DNA of 64,000 nucleotides from Eimeria praecox (taxonomy: Eukaryota), in contig OY986949.1 of NCBI GenBank assembly GCA_963920595.1, positions 2,852,001 through 2,916,000 of the forward strand, read 5' to 3'. Of this stretch, positions 1 through 14,350 are shown piece by piece. Numbering within the stretch: the stretch's first letter is position 1; every line of letters begins with the position of its first letter. The position numbers and the translations under genes are program-made. The notes below the pieces were generated by a model, which did not search any database, was not told the DNA's origin, and was given only the letters and a program-made list of their open reading frames with translations.

Positions 1-1053
1 CAGCTGCAGCAGCGACAGGCGGCGCTGCAGCAGCAGCTGCAAGCAGCAACAGCAAGGAATCAGCTCGCACAGATGCTTGTCGAGCAGCAGCAAAATGTTG
101 CTGCTGCAGCAGCACAGCTGCAGCAGCAGCTTCTAGATGAATTGCAGCAACCACAGTCTGACCAGGCCCTGCAGCAGCAGAACCAGCAGTTGCTACAGTA
201 CATCGAGCAGCAACAGCAGCAGCAACAGCAGCTGCTGCTGGAGCAGCAGCAGCAAGAACAGGGGGAACAGATACAACAAAAGCTTGAACAAGAGATTAAA
301 ACGCTAACAGACGAACTTGCAGAGGCTCGTGTGCGGCTGCGGGCTATCAGCAGCAGATGGTGGTTCCAGCGGCAGCAGCAGCAGGAGCTGCACGGCGATG
401 GAATGCAGGAAGAGCCACCACAGACGCCGTCTCCAGAGGAGCAGCAGGAAGGCGATCAGCAGCAACAGCAGCAGCAGCAGCAACAGCAGCAAGATCCCGC
501 TGCAGATTTCTCATCTTCTTATCAAGTTAAGATAGAGGCATTGAAGCTGCAGCTGCAGCGGCTGCAGCAGCAGCTGCATGCAGCAAAGATGAGAAAGGTT
601 CTCTGGACTCAGGCGATAGTAGGGCCCCTACTTGAAGATAAGGCTAAGGGCGTACGTACACTCTGTAAAAAAGTTAAGATACTTGAGCGGGAGGCCACCA
701 GGCTTCTGCTGTCTATGCAGGGGACCCCCGAGGAGGCCCCAGGGGCCCCCCCTGGGGGAGGGGCTGGAGGGGCCCCTGGGGGAGGAGTGCCTGGGGGGGC
801 CCCTGGAGGGGCCCTTGGGGTGGGCCCCCCTGCCTTGGAAGGGGGCCGCTCGGTAAGGAGGCGGGGGGGGCCCTCGCATGCCGTTAGAAGGGGAGGCCCC
901 AAGGGGGGGGCCCATGAAGGAGATGCTGGGAGGGGGGCCCTAAGATCTGCAGTTTGTCAGTTAGAAGCAGCAACGAAGAAGATAGAGAGTCTAACAAAAG
1001 AAATGTCTCTCTGGTTAAATGAAGATATGCAAAAGGAAGTAGAAAATATTTAA
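1..1053 (+). CDS. 3' part of a Gln-rich predicted coiled-coil hypothetical protein (starts upstream of the window)
   Basis: Frame 1 is open from base 1 to TAA at 1051-1053. Heptad-like segments (QKLEQEIKTLTDELAEARVRL; CQLEAATKKIESLTKEM) alternate with polyQ and a Gly/Pro tract. No family recognised. Confidence 0.65.
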   Translation, partial: QLQQRQAALQQQLQAATARNQLAQMLVEQQQNVAAAAAQLQQQLLDELQQPQSDQALQQQNQQLLQYIEQQQQQQQQLLLEQQQQEQGEQIQQKLEQEIKTLTDELAEARVRLRAISSRWWFQRQQQQELHGDGMQEEPPQTPSPEEQQEGDQQQQQQQQQQQQDPAADFSSSYQVKIEALKLQLQRLQQQLHAAKMRKVLWTQAIVGPLLEDKAKGVRTLCKKVKILEREATRLLLSMQGTPEEAPGAPPGGGAGGAPGGGVPGGAPGGALGVGPPALEGGRSVRRRGGPSHAVRRGGPKGGAHEGDAGRGALRSAVCQLEAATKKIESLTKEMSLWLNEDMQKEVENI

Positions 1054-1091
1054 ATAATGTTGCGTATGCTAGAAACACGCATGGGAGATAC

Positions 1092-1231
1092 GCATGCATG
1101 CATGCATGCGTATCTTTTATCTATACGTGCATGCATGCATGCATGCACGTCTTCCAAGTATGCATGCATGCATACACAGGTCTCTAATGCATCTATGCAA
1201 TGCATGCATGCATGCATGCATAGATGTATGC
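1092..1231. repeat. (TGCA)n / TGCATGCA palindromic motif array
   Basis: Many tandem GCATGCATGCAT copies just after the stop of ORF 1-1053. TGCATGCA is a known over-represented non-coding motif in coccidia. Confidence 0.85.
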
Positions 1232-1928
1232 ACACTTGGGTGTTTGATTGTTGGGGTTTGTTTATATAGACCGTCAGGCAGTTATTTGCTTTATAAGCTA
1301 TCTAAACTCTAGAGCCGCAGCGGCAACTCAATGCAGTACACGCAGCAGCAGTAGCACCAACAACAGCAGCAGCAGTAATAGCACCAACAACAGCAGCAGC
1401 AGCAGCAGCCGCTCCGACAGTTGCTGCTGCGACTGCTGCTGCTGCTGCAACAGCAGCCCTAGTTGGTGTAATGGATTTTGTGTTTGTCTCTCGTCTTTGT
1501 ATACACAATCGTTCTTAGGCATATTTGTTTGTCTCTACGCCTCTGAGATTATTATTTATATATTATATTGTCTCTTTCTGCTTTTTTAATTAATAAGAAA
1601 GAAAGAGATAAGTATTGTATATTATATAATCTCTTTCTCCTTTTTAATTAATTAGAAAGGAAGAGATATATAATAAACATACACGCTCAAGAGCCTCAGA
1701 GTTTGTTTGTTTTGCTGTGCATGCATCTAAAGACCCAAAAGTGCGAGAGCATGAGTCGTCTGCCCCCTCCGTATGTGTGCAGACAGCACAACATAGGGGG
1801 GGCTGCTGCTGCTGCAGCTGCTGCTGCAGCTCTTGCTGCAGGAGCTCCTGAAGCTGCAGCTCCTGCAGCAGCAGCAGTTGCTGCTGCTGCTGCTGCTTGC
1901 TCTCGAGCCTCTCCGTGTCTTACGGGCC

Positions 1929-5243
<3,315 letters not shown>

Positions 5244-7723
5244 GACTCGACGATGAATGAAGGCGTGTCTCGCCTAGTAACAACTAGGGCTTCTCTGCCT
5301 ACCCCTTCCTCTCCCCCTTTAGGTTTGCTGCTGGGATCGTTCAATCCCCAGGGTCAGGCTGCTAGAGACAAAGGATTAGGGGCCCCCCTGCATGCGCTGC
5401 TGTTTGCCCCCTTAGCCTCTCTTTCTTCAGATCCAAAGCTAAAAGACGGAGGAGATGTATTTGCTTTCCTGCAGCAGCAGCAGCAGCAGCAGCTGGTGGA
5501 TAGACTCATCAGACAGGCTTCCCTCTGCTGTTCGCATCATCTTGTCGGGGGCCTCGCAGTGTTAGGCGTTTGGGCTCGGGTAAGTGCTGCTGCAGGGCAG
5601 CAGCAGCTGCAGCAGCAGCAGCAAACGCTGCAGGAGAAGCTGCAGCTGCGCCGGCTTGCTGCAGCGGTGGCAGAGCGTTCCCTTCAGGGCCTCAACGCCG
5701 TAGATGAAGCTGCTGCTGCTGCTGCGATGCTGCAGCAGCAGGACGATGCACGCAGCGGCACCAGTAGCAGCAGCAGTAAGAAGGATGCTTTGAAACAGCC
5801 CTTCGTTCTTGTGCTGCTACAGCAGCAGCAACAACAGCAAGACATCTCCGTCTTCTTCTCTTCTCTCTCCGGCAGCTCAGGACTGTCTCCTCTGCTTGCA
5901 GCTGAGGTCTGGCCTCTCCCCGTCCCTCAGCAGCAAGGCAAGCAGCAGCAACAGCAGCAGCAGCAACAGCAGCAGTTGCAACAGCAGCAGTTGCAGCTCT
6001 GCTGCAGTCCTATAAGTGTCAGCTTGACCCTCCTTCTGCCTGGCTGTCTGTTTAATCAGCAATCAGCAGAACAAACCTTCAAATCAGCAAAACTGCGGGG
6101 GGCCCTACGGGGGGCCCTCCGTACATTGGTGGGTCTTGAGGGTACAGCAGCAGGGGGACTCCCCTGTTCTTTCTACTGTTCACTGCGGCAGGTAGAAGGG
6201 CATGCATTCTCTTCCTCTGCGGCGAAGGGCGTCATCTGCGATCAAGATATGACTGTTGCTGCTGCTGCTGCTGCAGCTGCTGCTGCAGCTGCTGCTGCTG
6301 ATAGTGAAGATGTTGCTGCTGCTGCTGCAGCAACAAATGCTGAGAGGAACGGCATGCAAGTTCTGCAAGTTGAAGTGCTGTGTGCGGGTGTCCCTTCTCT
6401 CTGTCTTCGTTTTGAAGAAGACGGTTCTGTTGCTGTTGTTGAGCAATGGCCACAGCAGCAGCAGCAGGAGCAGCAGAAACCTAGTGAGGTCTTTGCAATC
6501 AGCTGCACAGTGATGCTTTTAGGTGTATCTTTAAACTCAAAGACACAATCTCTAAGAGCAGCAATGGAGGCCCTTGTTGCTGATTATGTTCGTGGAGCCG
6601 TGGGGTGTATAGGCAGCTCGCTGGAGGAGGTGTGGTCGGCAGACAGCAGCAAATGTGCCTCGTTAGTGAGACTGCAGCAGCGTCAGCTGTTGACACTGCA
6701 GCAAGAGCCGCAGCTGCTGCTGCAGCAGCGGCAGGCACATGGGGCTGCTATCGTGCTCGCCGAATTTGCTGCTGCTGCTGGCGTTGAAGAAGATGATGAA
6801 AGAGTGTGTACAGAGTTTCTCTTTGGGCATGAGGGTAAGTGGGGGGCCCTCTCAGGCTTATCTGTTACAAGTTGCTGCGGAGGGGGGGCCCCCACCGCAG
6901 CAGCAGCAAAAGGTGCTGCTGCATGCAAAAGCCGCAAAGATTGCTGGCTGCAGCAGCAGCAGCAGGAAGGAGAGTACTGGAAAGCCCTCATCAGCTTCGT
7001 GAGGACTCAGAAGCTGACTCTCGAGAGCGCCAATAGCCCCTGGTGGGTGTATTTGCTGCCTCTTCTTGCACTGTTGCTAAGCTATCTGTTCAGATTGTTT
7101 GTATAAGGCCACGCTGCTGCTGTTGCTGCCGCTGCTTCTGCTGCAGCGGAAGCGAAAGCAGCACCAGCGGGAGGCAGCTTTCCTTGGGGGAGAAGGAACG
7201 ACCCCTAGCCGTACGTGCATAAGGTATTATTATCTGTGCTGTGACGCTGCAGCAGCAGCATGCTGCAGCAGCAGCAACAAGCTGCAGCAGCGGGTGAGGA
7301 GGCGTAGGCAGGTGTCTGCTGGCAGCCCTCCTCTGCATGCGCAGCAATGTTTTATTTGCTGCTGTTCCTCTACAGCTGCGGCTGTAGGCTGTATCTCTAA
7401 GCTGCAGCTTGCCGCTGCTGTTTTGCTGCACAAACGTAACACCGTCATTCAACTTCTTCTTTAGAAATTGAAGTTCAAATATACACTGAGGCTCCCCTCC
7501 AACTTCTACTCGTAACACACAGCAGTCGTTGCTATGGGGAAGCAAAGATAAGCCTCCTAGGAAGCAGGAGAGCAGCAGCTGCTGGTGCTGTTGCTGCTGC
7601 TGCTGCTGCTCGCACTGCTCCGGTGCATATACACCCCAAATAAGATATGAGATGAGCTTGGCTTTAGAGGTTACTCTCTGTCGCCTTCATGGCATGTCAA
7701 CTACGCTGCTTAGCTACGAAATG

Positions 7724-7783
<60 letters not shown>

Positions 7784-7844
7784 AGATATGCCCCAGGGGC
7801 CCCTCTGCAGCAGGTAGACTTGTCTGCAGACAGGCAAGGAGTAA

Positions 7845-10332
7845 TCATTGTTTTTTCTTCTCTCCCTTCTGCTCCTCCTCTCCCTCTTCTCCCTCCTCTC
7901 CATCATCTTCATCTTCACTTCGAACGTCTTCGCAGTCTTCGCGCGATCCGTCTGCAGCAGCAAAACACGAAGCAGCAGCAAAGCATGAAACAGCAGCAGC
8001 AGCTCAAACGTTGCAGTTCAGGCTTATGCAGCAGCAGCTTTCCCTCTTCATGTTATGCACGGGAAACCGTGCAAAGTGAGACTGCAGCATCACGCAGTGT
8101 AAGTAAGTGTTTCTTTTATTCAAATGTTGTTTAATCTGTTGTGATTGAAGACACACTCCGGACGGCAGTCACGAGTCCTATGACCATCCTGATGATGCAC
8201 CAGAACCAGTAAATGTGCAGAATCTGAAAAGCAGCAACAGCAGGAGCAGCAGGAGCAACAGCAACACATGTGTGGCTGTAGTTCGGATGTTGAGTCTTCT
8301 AGTACTGCGAAGACGCCGTCAGTTAGCTGCAACATCTGTCTGTCTCTGTATAACTAAATAAGAAAGGAAATACAAAATAATTACACAGAGAAACATACTT
8401 GAAGAACTACGAGGAACCCCGGCAAAACCATGCCCCCAGGGATACGCCAGCGAGTTTCAACGAAGTCTTGTGTAAGGGCTCGTATAAGGGCTGTGTTTAA
8501 GCTTGGTCGGACACAATAAAAGGGAAAGATAACAAGTCTTGTCATAAAGTACACAACAACAAACGTGCCGAAAGATATCTCCACAGCTCCAGATCGTACA
8601 CGACTATAGTGCAAAGCCTTCGATAGATATAAGAACATGTCAGCAGCGTCATGCAGAAGTAATACAACCTGTTCAGAACAACACAAGACATCCATCATGC
8701 AAATAAGGTCTTATTTATTATCAAATATTACACGGGGAGAGATTTGTTGTTTCTTCACAATCAGTAATTGCATCGATTTGTCGCTGTTCAAGTGTAAAGC
8801 ACAAACAAACTACAGGCTGCAGGTAGCACAGCTGTCAAATCTGCACGACAGTATTTATATATTATTATGACCTGTCTGCCTGATGCAAAGAAAAACTAGA
8901 AAGAAAATTTATGAATTTCAAGGAAAAACCCTGCAGCTTACTACGCCGACTTTCCAGTAAGAACAGCAATACGAGAAGAGCACCAACATGATCGTGACAA
9001 CATGATGAATAAAGAGGATTCCGTAGTCTTTTCTTTTCGTTTCGAGATTAATAAATGCCAGGCAACTCATCCAAAACGCAAGTTGAAATAAATAGTAGTT
9101 TCGCGTCGAAACCGACGGAAGCAGCAGTGGCCAGCCGCCCGATCCTCTGGCGACTTCCTCGGGAGCAGCCATCCAGTACCTGTAGAGATCCCACAAAAAT
9201 GACAAAAAATAAAAAGGAATGAAGCTACGGGATTTTGGCCTTGCAAGTGAGCCGTCACTAGCTGGCATTCAGGTGTACAGGCAGCTACGAACCAACGGCC
9301 ATCCGGGCGTTGCAAGTGTAGTCGTGGCCAGCCTGGGACTTCCTCCGTCCCGAATTCGCAGTATAACACGTAGCAACCCCAGAGGAAAGCGGTTGAATGC
9401 CACATTGTATACCTGAGAGACAGCAAGCAGAAAAAAAGCAAGGATTCATCATAGCAAGTGGCATGCACTAACTAATATACGGCTCTTGTCAGCATATTTC
9501 CCTGCAAAAAGACTCCCCAATGAACCTCCTCTCTTGTGGCGTTTAAAATATTCCCAGATATTCGTTTATTGCATTAGAAAATGATGCTTATAAAGTAATT
9601 CGTGTTTCGTGAGAAGAAACCCGGAAACAGGTTTCTGCGTGCCTCAGACATAGTCGATCAACGAACTCGTTCTATGATCGAACCCACCAAACATTTTCGC
9701 CGAATTTGTGTAGCTTTCCCCGGCGAACGCAGTCTGTAGCCTTCGCCACTTTCTTTGAAATACAAGGCAGCCTTCTGAGTGCCCCGCTGCTGCCTCCGCT
9801 GATTAGGAGTCGCACTAAAGAAACCCCAATTAAAGCCTGAAGCAGCAGCGCATGACGGGCGAACAGAAGACCCAACTACTGCTGCATATCTACTTGAAAT
9901 ATTACATATTTAATACAGCCGCAGTGCACAGTGCCTCCGCTCATGTCGGTCACGCGAAGTCTTGTGTTCTTTTCAGAAGTGGAGGATCATTCTGCAGGTG
10001 CAAAGCATGCAGCACGGCTCTTGTTTCCACAGTTTTTGCCGTGATCAAGTTTATTCCCGCCAAATACGAAGGGTAATTTCCCATATTTCCATAAGTATTG
10101 TCTTCTGCATCATAAGGAGTGCACTCCTATGGTGCATGCATGGTTTTCTCACCAGCAAGACGTATACGGCATCATCAGAGGACACGGAGGGGTTCAACAA
10201 GTACATCTTCCATAGAGGCCCCCGTTCCGACTCCACCAAAAATGAGAGGGTGTGATACACCAGTTCGCCATCTTCCATGCGGAAAGATTGCAGCTTTCTC
10301 GCTATTAACTGTCGCGCCGCCTCCAGCTTCAT
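7845..10332 (-). CDS. Ceramide synthase, LAG1/TLC-domain (longevity assurance) family, 7 exons
   Basis: Exons 10332-10153, 9836-9688, 9412-9293, 9179-8942, 8668-8399, 8223-8157, 7951-7845 (GT-AG). Motifs: KFGENVW; YYLFQLAFW; Lag1 motif RKDYGILFIHHVVTIMLVLFSY...VLLLHDAADMFLYLSKALHY; LQILHIYWF; C-terminal DVRSEDE acidic tail. Confidence 0.92.
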
Positions 10333-10859
10333 TGTGGCGGCCCTTGTGATACACACCGCCCGGCAGCCTACAGATACAGTTTTAACCGCTAGAGAGCCTT
10401 AAAAATTGTTTTCTCTCCTAGAAAAAGAAAATCAGCTGTGGACAAAGAGCCGCAACGACACTGGCCGTATAAGTGGTCGGTAGCGCGGTTCGCTACATTT
10501 CAGGAAATCAGTGAACAGCATGTCTTTCCCCTGACTCAGAAAGAAAAGACAGACATAAAGAAATCAAAGGGAAAGCAAAAAGACAATAAAGATCCTATGA
10601 TGTTTATAAAAAACTCGCGAGTCTGTTCCACTGGGCTCGCCCACCTATGTGCCTCGTCTGCATGGGGGCGCTTTGCTTGAGCCGCATTAGTTTTCTGCGC
10701 TGAGTGCTGTGCTCATGTCTTCGAGGCACAATTAATAATTTGAACAATTCCATATCAAAAACTAATTATTAGCGTATTCATGCTATACGGTATAGACTAA
10801 ATATTGGAGGGCATGTGCGCGCGGGCGCACGGGCTAGCACGATCTGTGTTATATTGGTA

Positions 10860-13800
10860 CTGTTAGCTCTGCTTGCTCAAAGGGTGACTATGGAGGGCCA
10901 AGGAAGTGTTTAACGGCTGTCTGCACTATACTGTACAGGGGGGTGGTTGAAAGTGCAGGTGGGGATGCCTTGCAGCATTACCTACGGCAAGCTGCTATGC
11001 AAACCATCAGGCCGGCCCGTGTCCCCAGCAGCCTCAGTCCCTTAGGCTGCTTTGCTTATGACGTCTAGAGGCTGAAGGAAATGCCTTCTGGCTTTGGGGA
11101 GCTATTTATTCAAGTTTTCGGCCCGCGTGCAGCTAGAGGCACTCCTCAGCTAAGACCTAACAGAGGGCCATCGCTACGCATCATGTAATATGCTTTGCTT
11201 GGTTTCAGTGCTCGTATCTGTACTTTCTCATTGCCTGATTATGCAGGGCCAAGTAATTGTTTAACGGCTACCTACATTACAGTCTACAATGTATGGGCAT
11301 ACAACAAATGGGAGGTTGGCTGTGCATGCACGCGAGGCACCTGTGTAGCCCTAGGTGGAGCAACCTGTGCTGCAGCTCATGACAGGCATCTCCAGGCCCC
11401 CAAGAGTCCCGGGCCATTAGGCACCCGTGCCCAGGACGCCTGGCAGCAGGGTCAAGTGGTTTGGGAGGGGGGAGGGTCGCGGTTGCGGGATGGGGATTCT
11501 TTAGAGCTTTGCTATAGCTCACAACGGTCCTCTGCTGCGGTCGAGGGCCGTCACTACACATGGTAGGACCACTTCGTTTATTGAGGCAGGTGCTAAGAGA
11601 GAACATTATCCTCACAACAGGTCGGCCTGGTACATTGTGAACTGTATCGAAGACACATGCAAAGGAGCCAACGAGATTTTTCGTGCAAATTTATCTGTAT
11701 CATTCCCAGTTTCTTCGAAAAATGTTTAGCCTTTTCTACCATTGCATAGAGGAGATTGATCATGGGGTCCTCTAAGGGAGAAGCAACCAATGGGTAAGCG
11801 TCTTGTCGCAGTGATACAAGCGCAGCATCTGCACCGCACCAAGCAGAAAAGGGTTTTACAGCAAAAGCAAATATGAAGAATGTCTACCCCTTCGCAAATC
11901 TTCCAGATATGACGGGCTTAGCACCCCAGGAGCAGTTTAAGATTTCCTTGCTTCCCTGTAGTTGTGTTTTGTTTTCAAAATGCACTCGAAGAGTTGGAGT
12001 TGCTATTGGCATATTTCCCAGTAGGAGGGGAGGCAATGGTGGTTATACTTAAGCAAGGGCACCACAGTTCCGGAGCAAATCCGGGCTATGGAAATATTCC
12101 AGCATGCACTAGCTAACTATACTCCCAGGTCTTCAAGGGAACAGGCTACGCCAAAACTGAGAAAGCGTAAGCAGGTGGAGCCGCTCATACATCGTTATCT
12201 CGCAAAGTCTCAACCCTTCGTTAACAGGGGTTCATAGCAGGGTTTTCCCCAGGACAAAGGTACTCGGTAACCAGCTGGGCGGCGGAGAAGGATTTAGGCG
12301 GTGAGAGTGTGGAACTCGTCGAGGTGGTGAAGTGCTGGCCCACCAAGAGAGGCAAAACGCCTCTTCCGTATCCCTAGCGGCGAAGGGAGAAAGCATATTT
12401 GGTAATTAACCAGATACGGAGTCAGTGAATATTAAGACTGTGAATTCGATCCTGCCGAGAAAAGGGAAAAAGGCAAAACCGGCAGCAGCAGGCGAATTCC
12501 GCACCCGCAAAAATCGGGGGAAGAAATGCAAGGCGTATCTGCTTTTCTTTGCGATAAAGTTCTCCTAATTTGATATTCAAGGCGCATGGCGAAAGCTAAA
12601 GAACTCGAATGCTAAAAAGAACTGGAGAAGGAAGAGCCCGAACAACGTTACCGACGGAGAGCTGGAAGACACAACGAGATGAAGGAAACTCCCTGGTCCC
12701 GGCGCACTGAACGAAACAAAAATAGGGCATAAAGAGGTGACACCCGCACCTGCAGGCACTCCCTGAGTCAAGTCAGCGGTTATTCAAGCACGTTTTAATA
12801 ATAATGAATCGGTAACTGCACTTGCCATGCTCTATGAAGTGGGTATGATATCTGCAGCTATGAAGAGGAGGCGCAGGTTGCCTGTCCTTTCATTGAGGGA
12901 ATATCTGGAGCCACGCTTCGCGCATGACAAGCAAGCGACGATAATCGCTAAAGCCCTAGGCATAAAATGCGGCCTTTTTTCATATATTGGTCATATTAAT
13001 ATGCTACAGAGTTTTTATGTTCGGCCTGTTCACTACGGCGAAACCTTAGGCATGCCGTTGGTCACTCAGCGGAGGGCATGAATGTGGCCTCCAGACGACA
13101 CTATTGAGCTATACGTGCCGGGAAGCAATGGGAGAGTACCCTTCATAGGTCTTTCAACAGAATTTGTGCCCTCTACTTTAAGATGAGTAGACTGGGCGCC
13201 CAAAGAAAAAAGCGGAGGGGAGTCGCCTATGCAATACAAAGGCACTACAGGAAACAACGGGGCTATGCATTTCCTACGCCATGCTGTCCTAGAGAGACCG
13301 TGACTTCGGAGGAGATGATGCAGCTAGCAGCCGAATAACAGAAGAAATTGGCAGCGTTGAAGCAAAGATTTTCAGATGCCCTCAATAACAGGGAACTACC
13401 CGCGGGCGGGCCCTGTGCTGGGCGTACATTAGCAACGCGTCGAACTGCCTGACGGAATAGCCCCAAGCTTTCTTCCGAGGTACAGGGAATCACAGCATCT
13501 TGACTCGTAAATCAAGCAGCGCTCAGGGGGACTGCTAAGGAAGGGCATCATCCAACCGTTAACAACCGGGTTTGGACACAATCCTGTGCTGGCGAGGAGA
13601 GAGGACGCAGGGCGGCGCAGACGCGCCGACTTCAAGTCCAACAGCTAAACGCCGATGCCTTTTGAGACGCTAGCTAGCCTCGGTACTAGCTTTCAAACGG
13701 TCAGCTCTTGTGAACTAGCCGCGTATGCATCTAGCTGCTGACTTCAGTATGCAGGTTGCTGGTCGTGAGTTCATGCAGACAGTACAAGGATGCCTGTCAC

Positions 13801-14350
13801 GAGCTTACTTTGGGCAGTCCCTGTCAACCAACAAAGTTTGCTTTCAGTGAATTCGTACTCTCTCTGAAGCGTTGGAGGAGAGTGAGCATCCGAAAAAGTT
13901 CGCCATGCGTTGTGTGGGTTAGTTTGCAGTTCGTTCTCGGGGAAACGTTTGCTTACACCGCGTGGTTAACCCCCATTGAGTAGATGCCACTAGAACATTA
14001 ATGGTGGGCTTTTTAAAAGTTCACGAAAAACCGGAATTTCCCCGTACTCTTCCCATAAAATGACAGCAACCCCATTGTTTCTAAGAGCGTGCGATTCCAC
14101 TGGAAGCACGCAGTTTCAGCTGACAGGGCTGCCGAACTCACCATGGTGCCAGGCTTTTCTGTGCTGCCTGCACTCATTTACGAGCAGCAACAAGTGGCTA
14201 GACAGACGACAAAGCGCGCGGGTATCTAAGGACCGCCTACTCGAAGCAATTCTTCAGAAGCAGCTACGCTTCCTGCTTGACTCGTTGCTGGCAGCTAGAA
14301 GTGTGCATGAGCACAGCACATCCTGCAGTGGGGTTGCGTGCCAGCCCGTG
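10860..14350 (+). mobile_element. Degenerate Ty3/gypsy-type LTR retrotransposon relic (copy A)
   Basis: Frameshifted pol remnants on +: protease-like region about 12780-12960; FSDALNNRELPAGGP about 13370; RT N-terminus GLLRKGIIQPLTTGFGHNPVLARREDAGRRRRADFK at about 13528-13640; RNase H-like text about 14060-14290. Possible LTR end ...CTACA at 11558 followed by PBS-like TGGTAGGACC at 11561. Boundaries approximate. Confidence 0.65.

Noticed and set aside
7529..8134. 201-aa plus-strand ORF
   Set aside because: Antisense to the last ceramide synthase exon and its UTR, and made largely of microsatellite.
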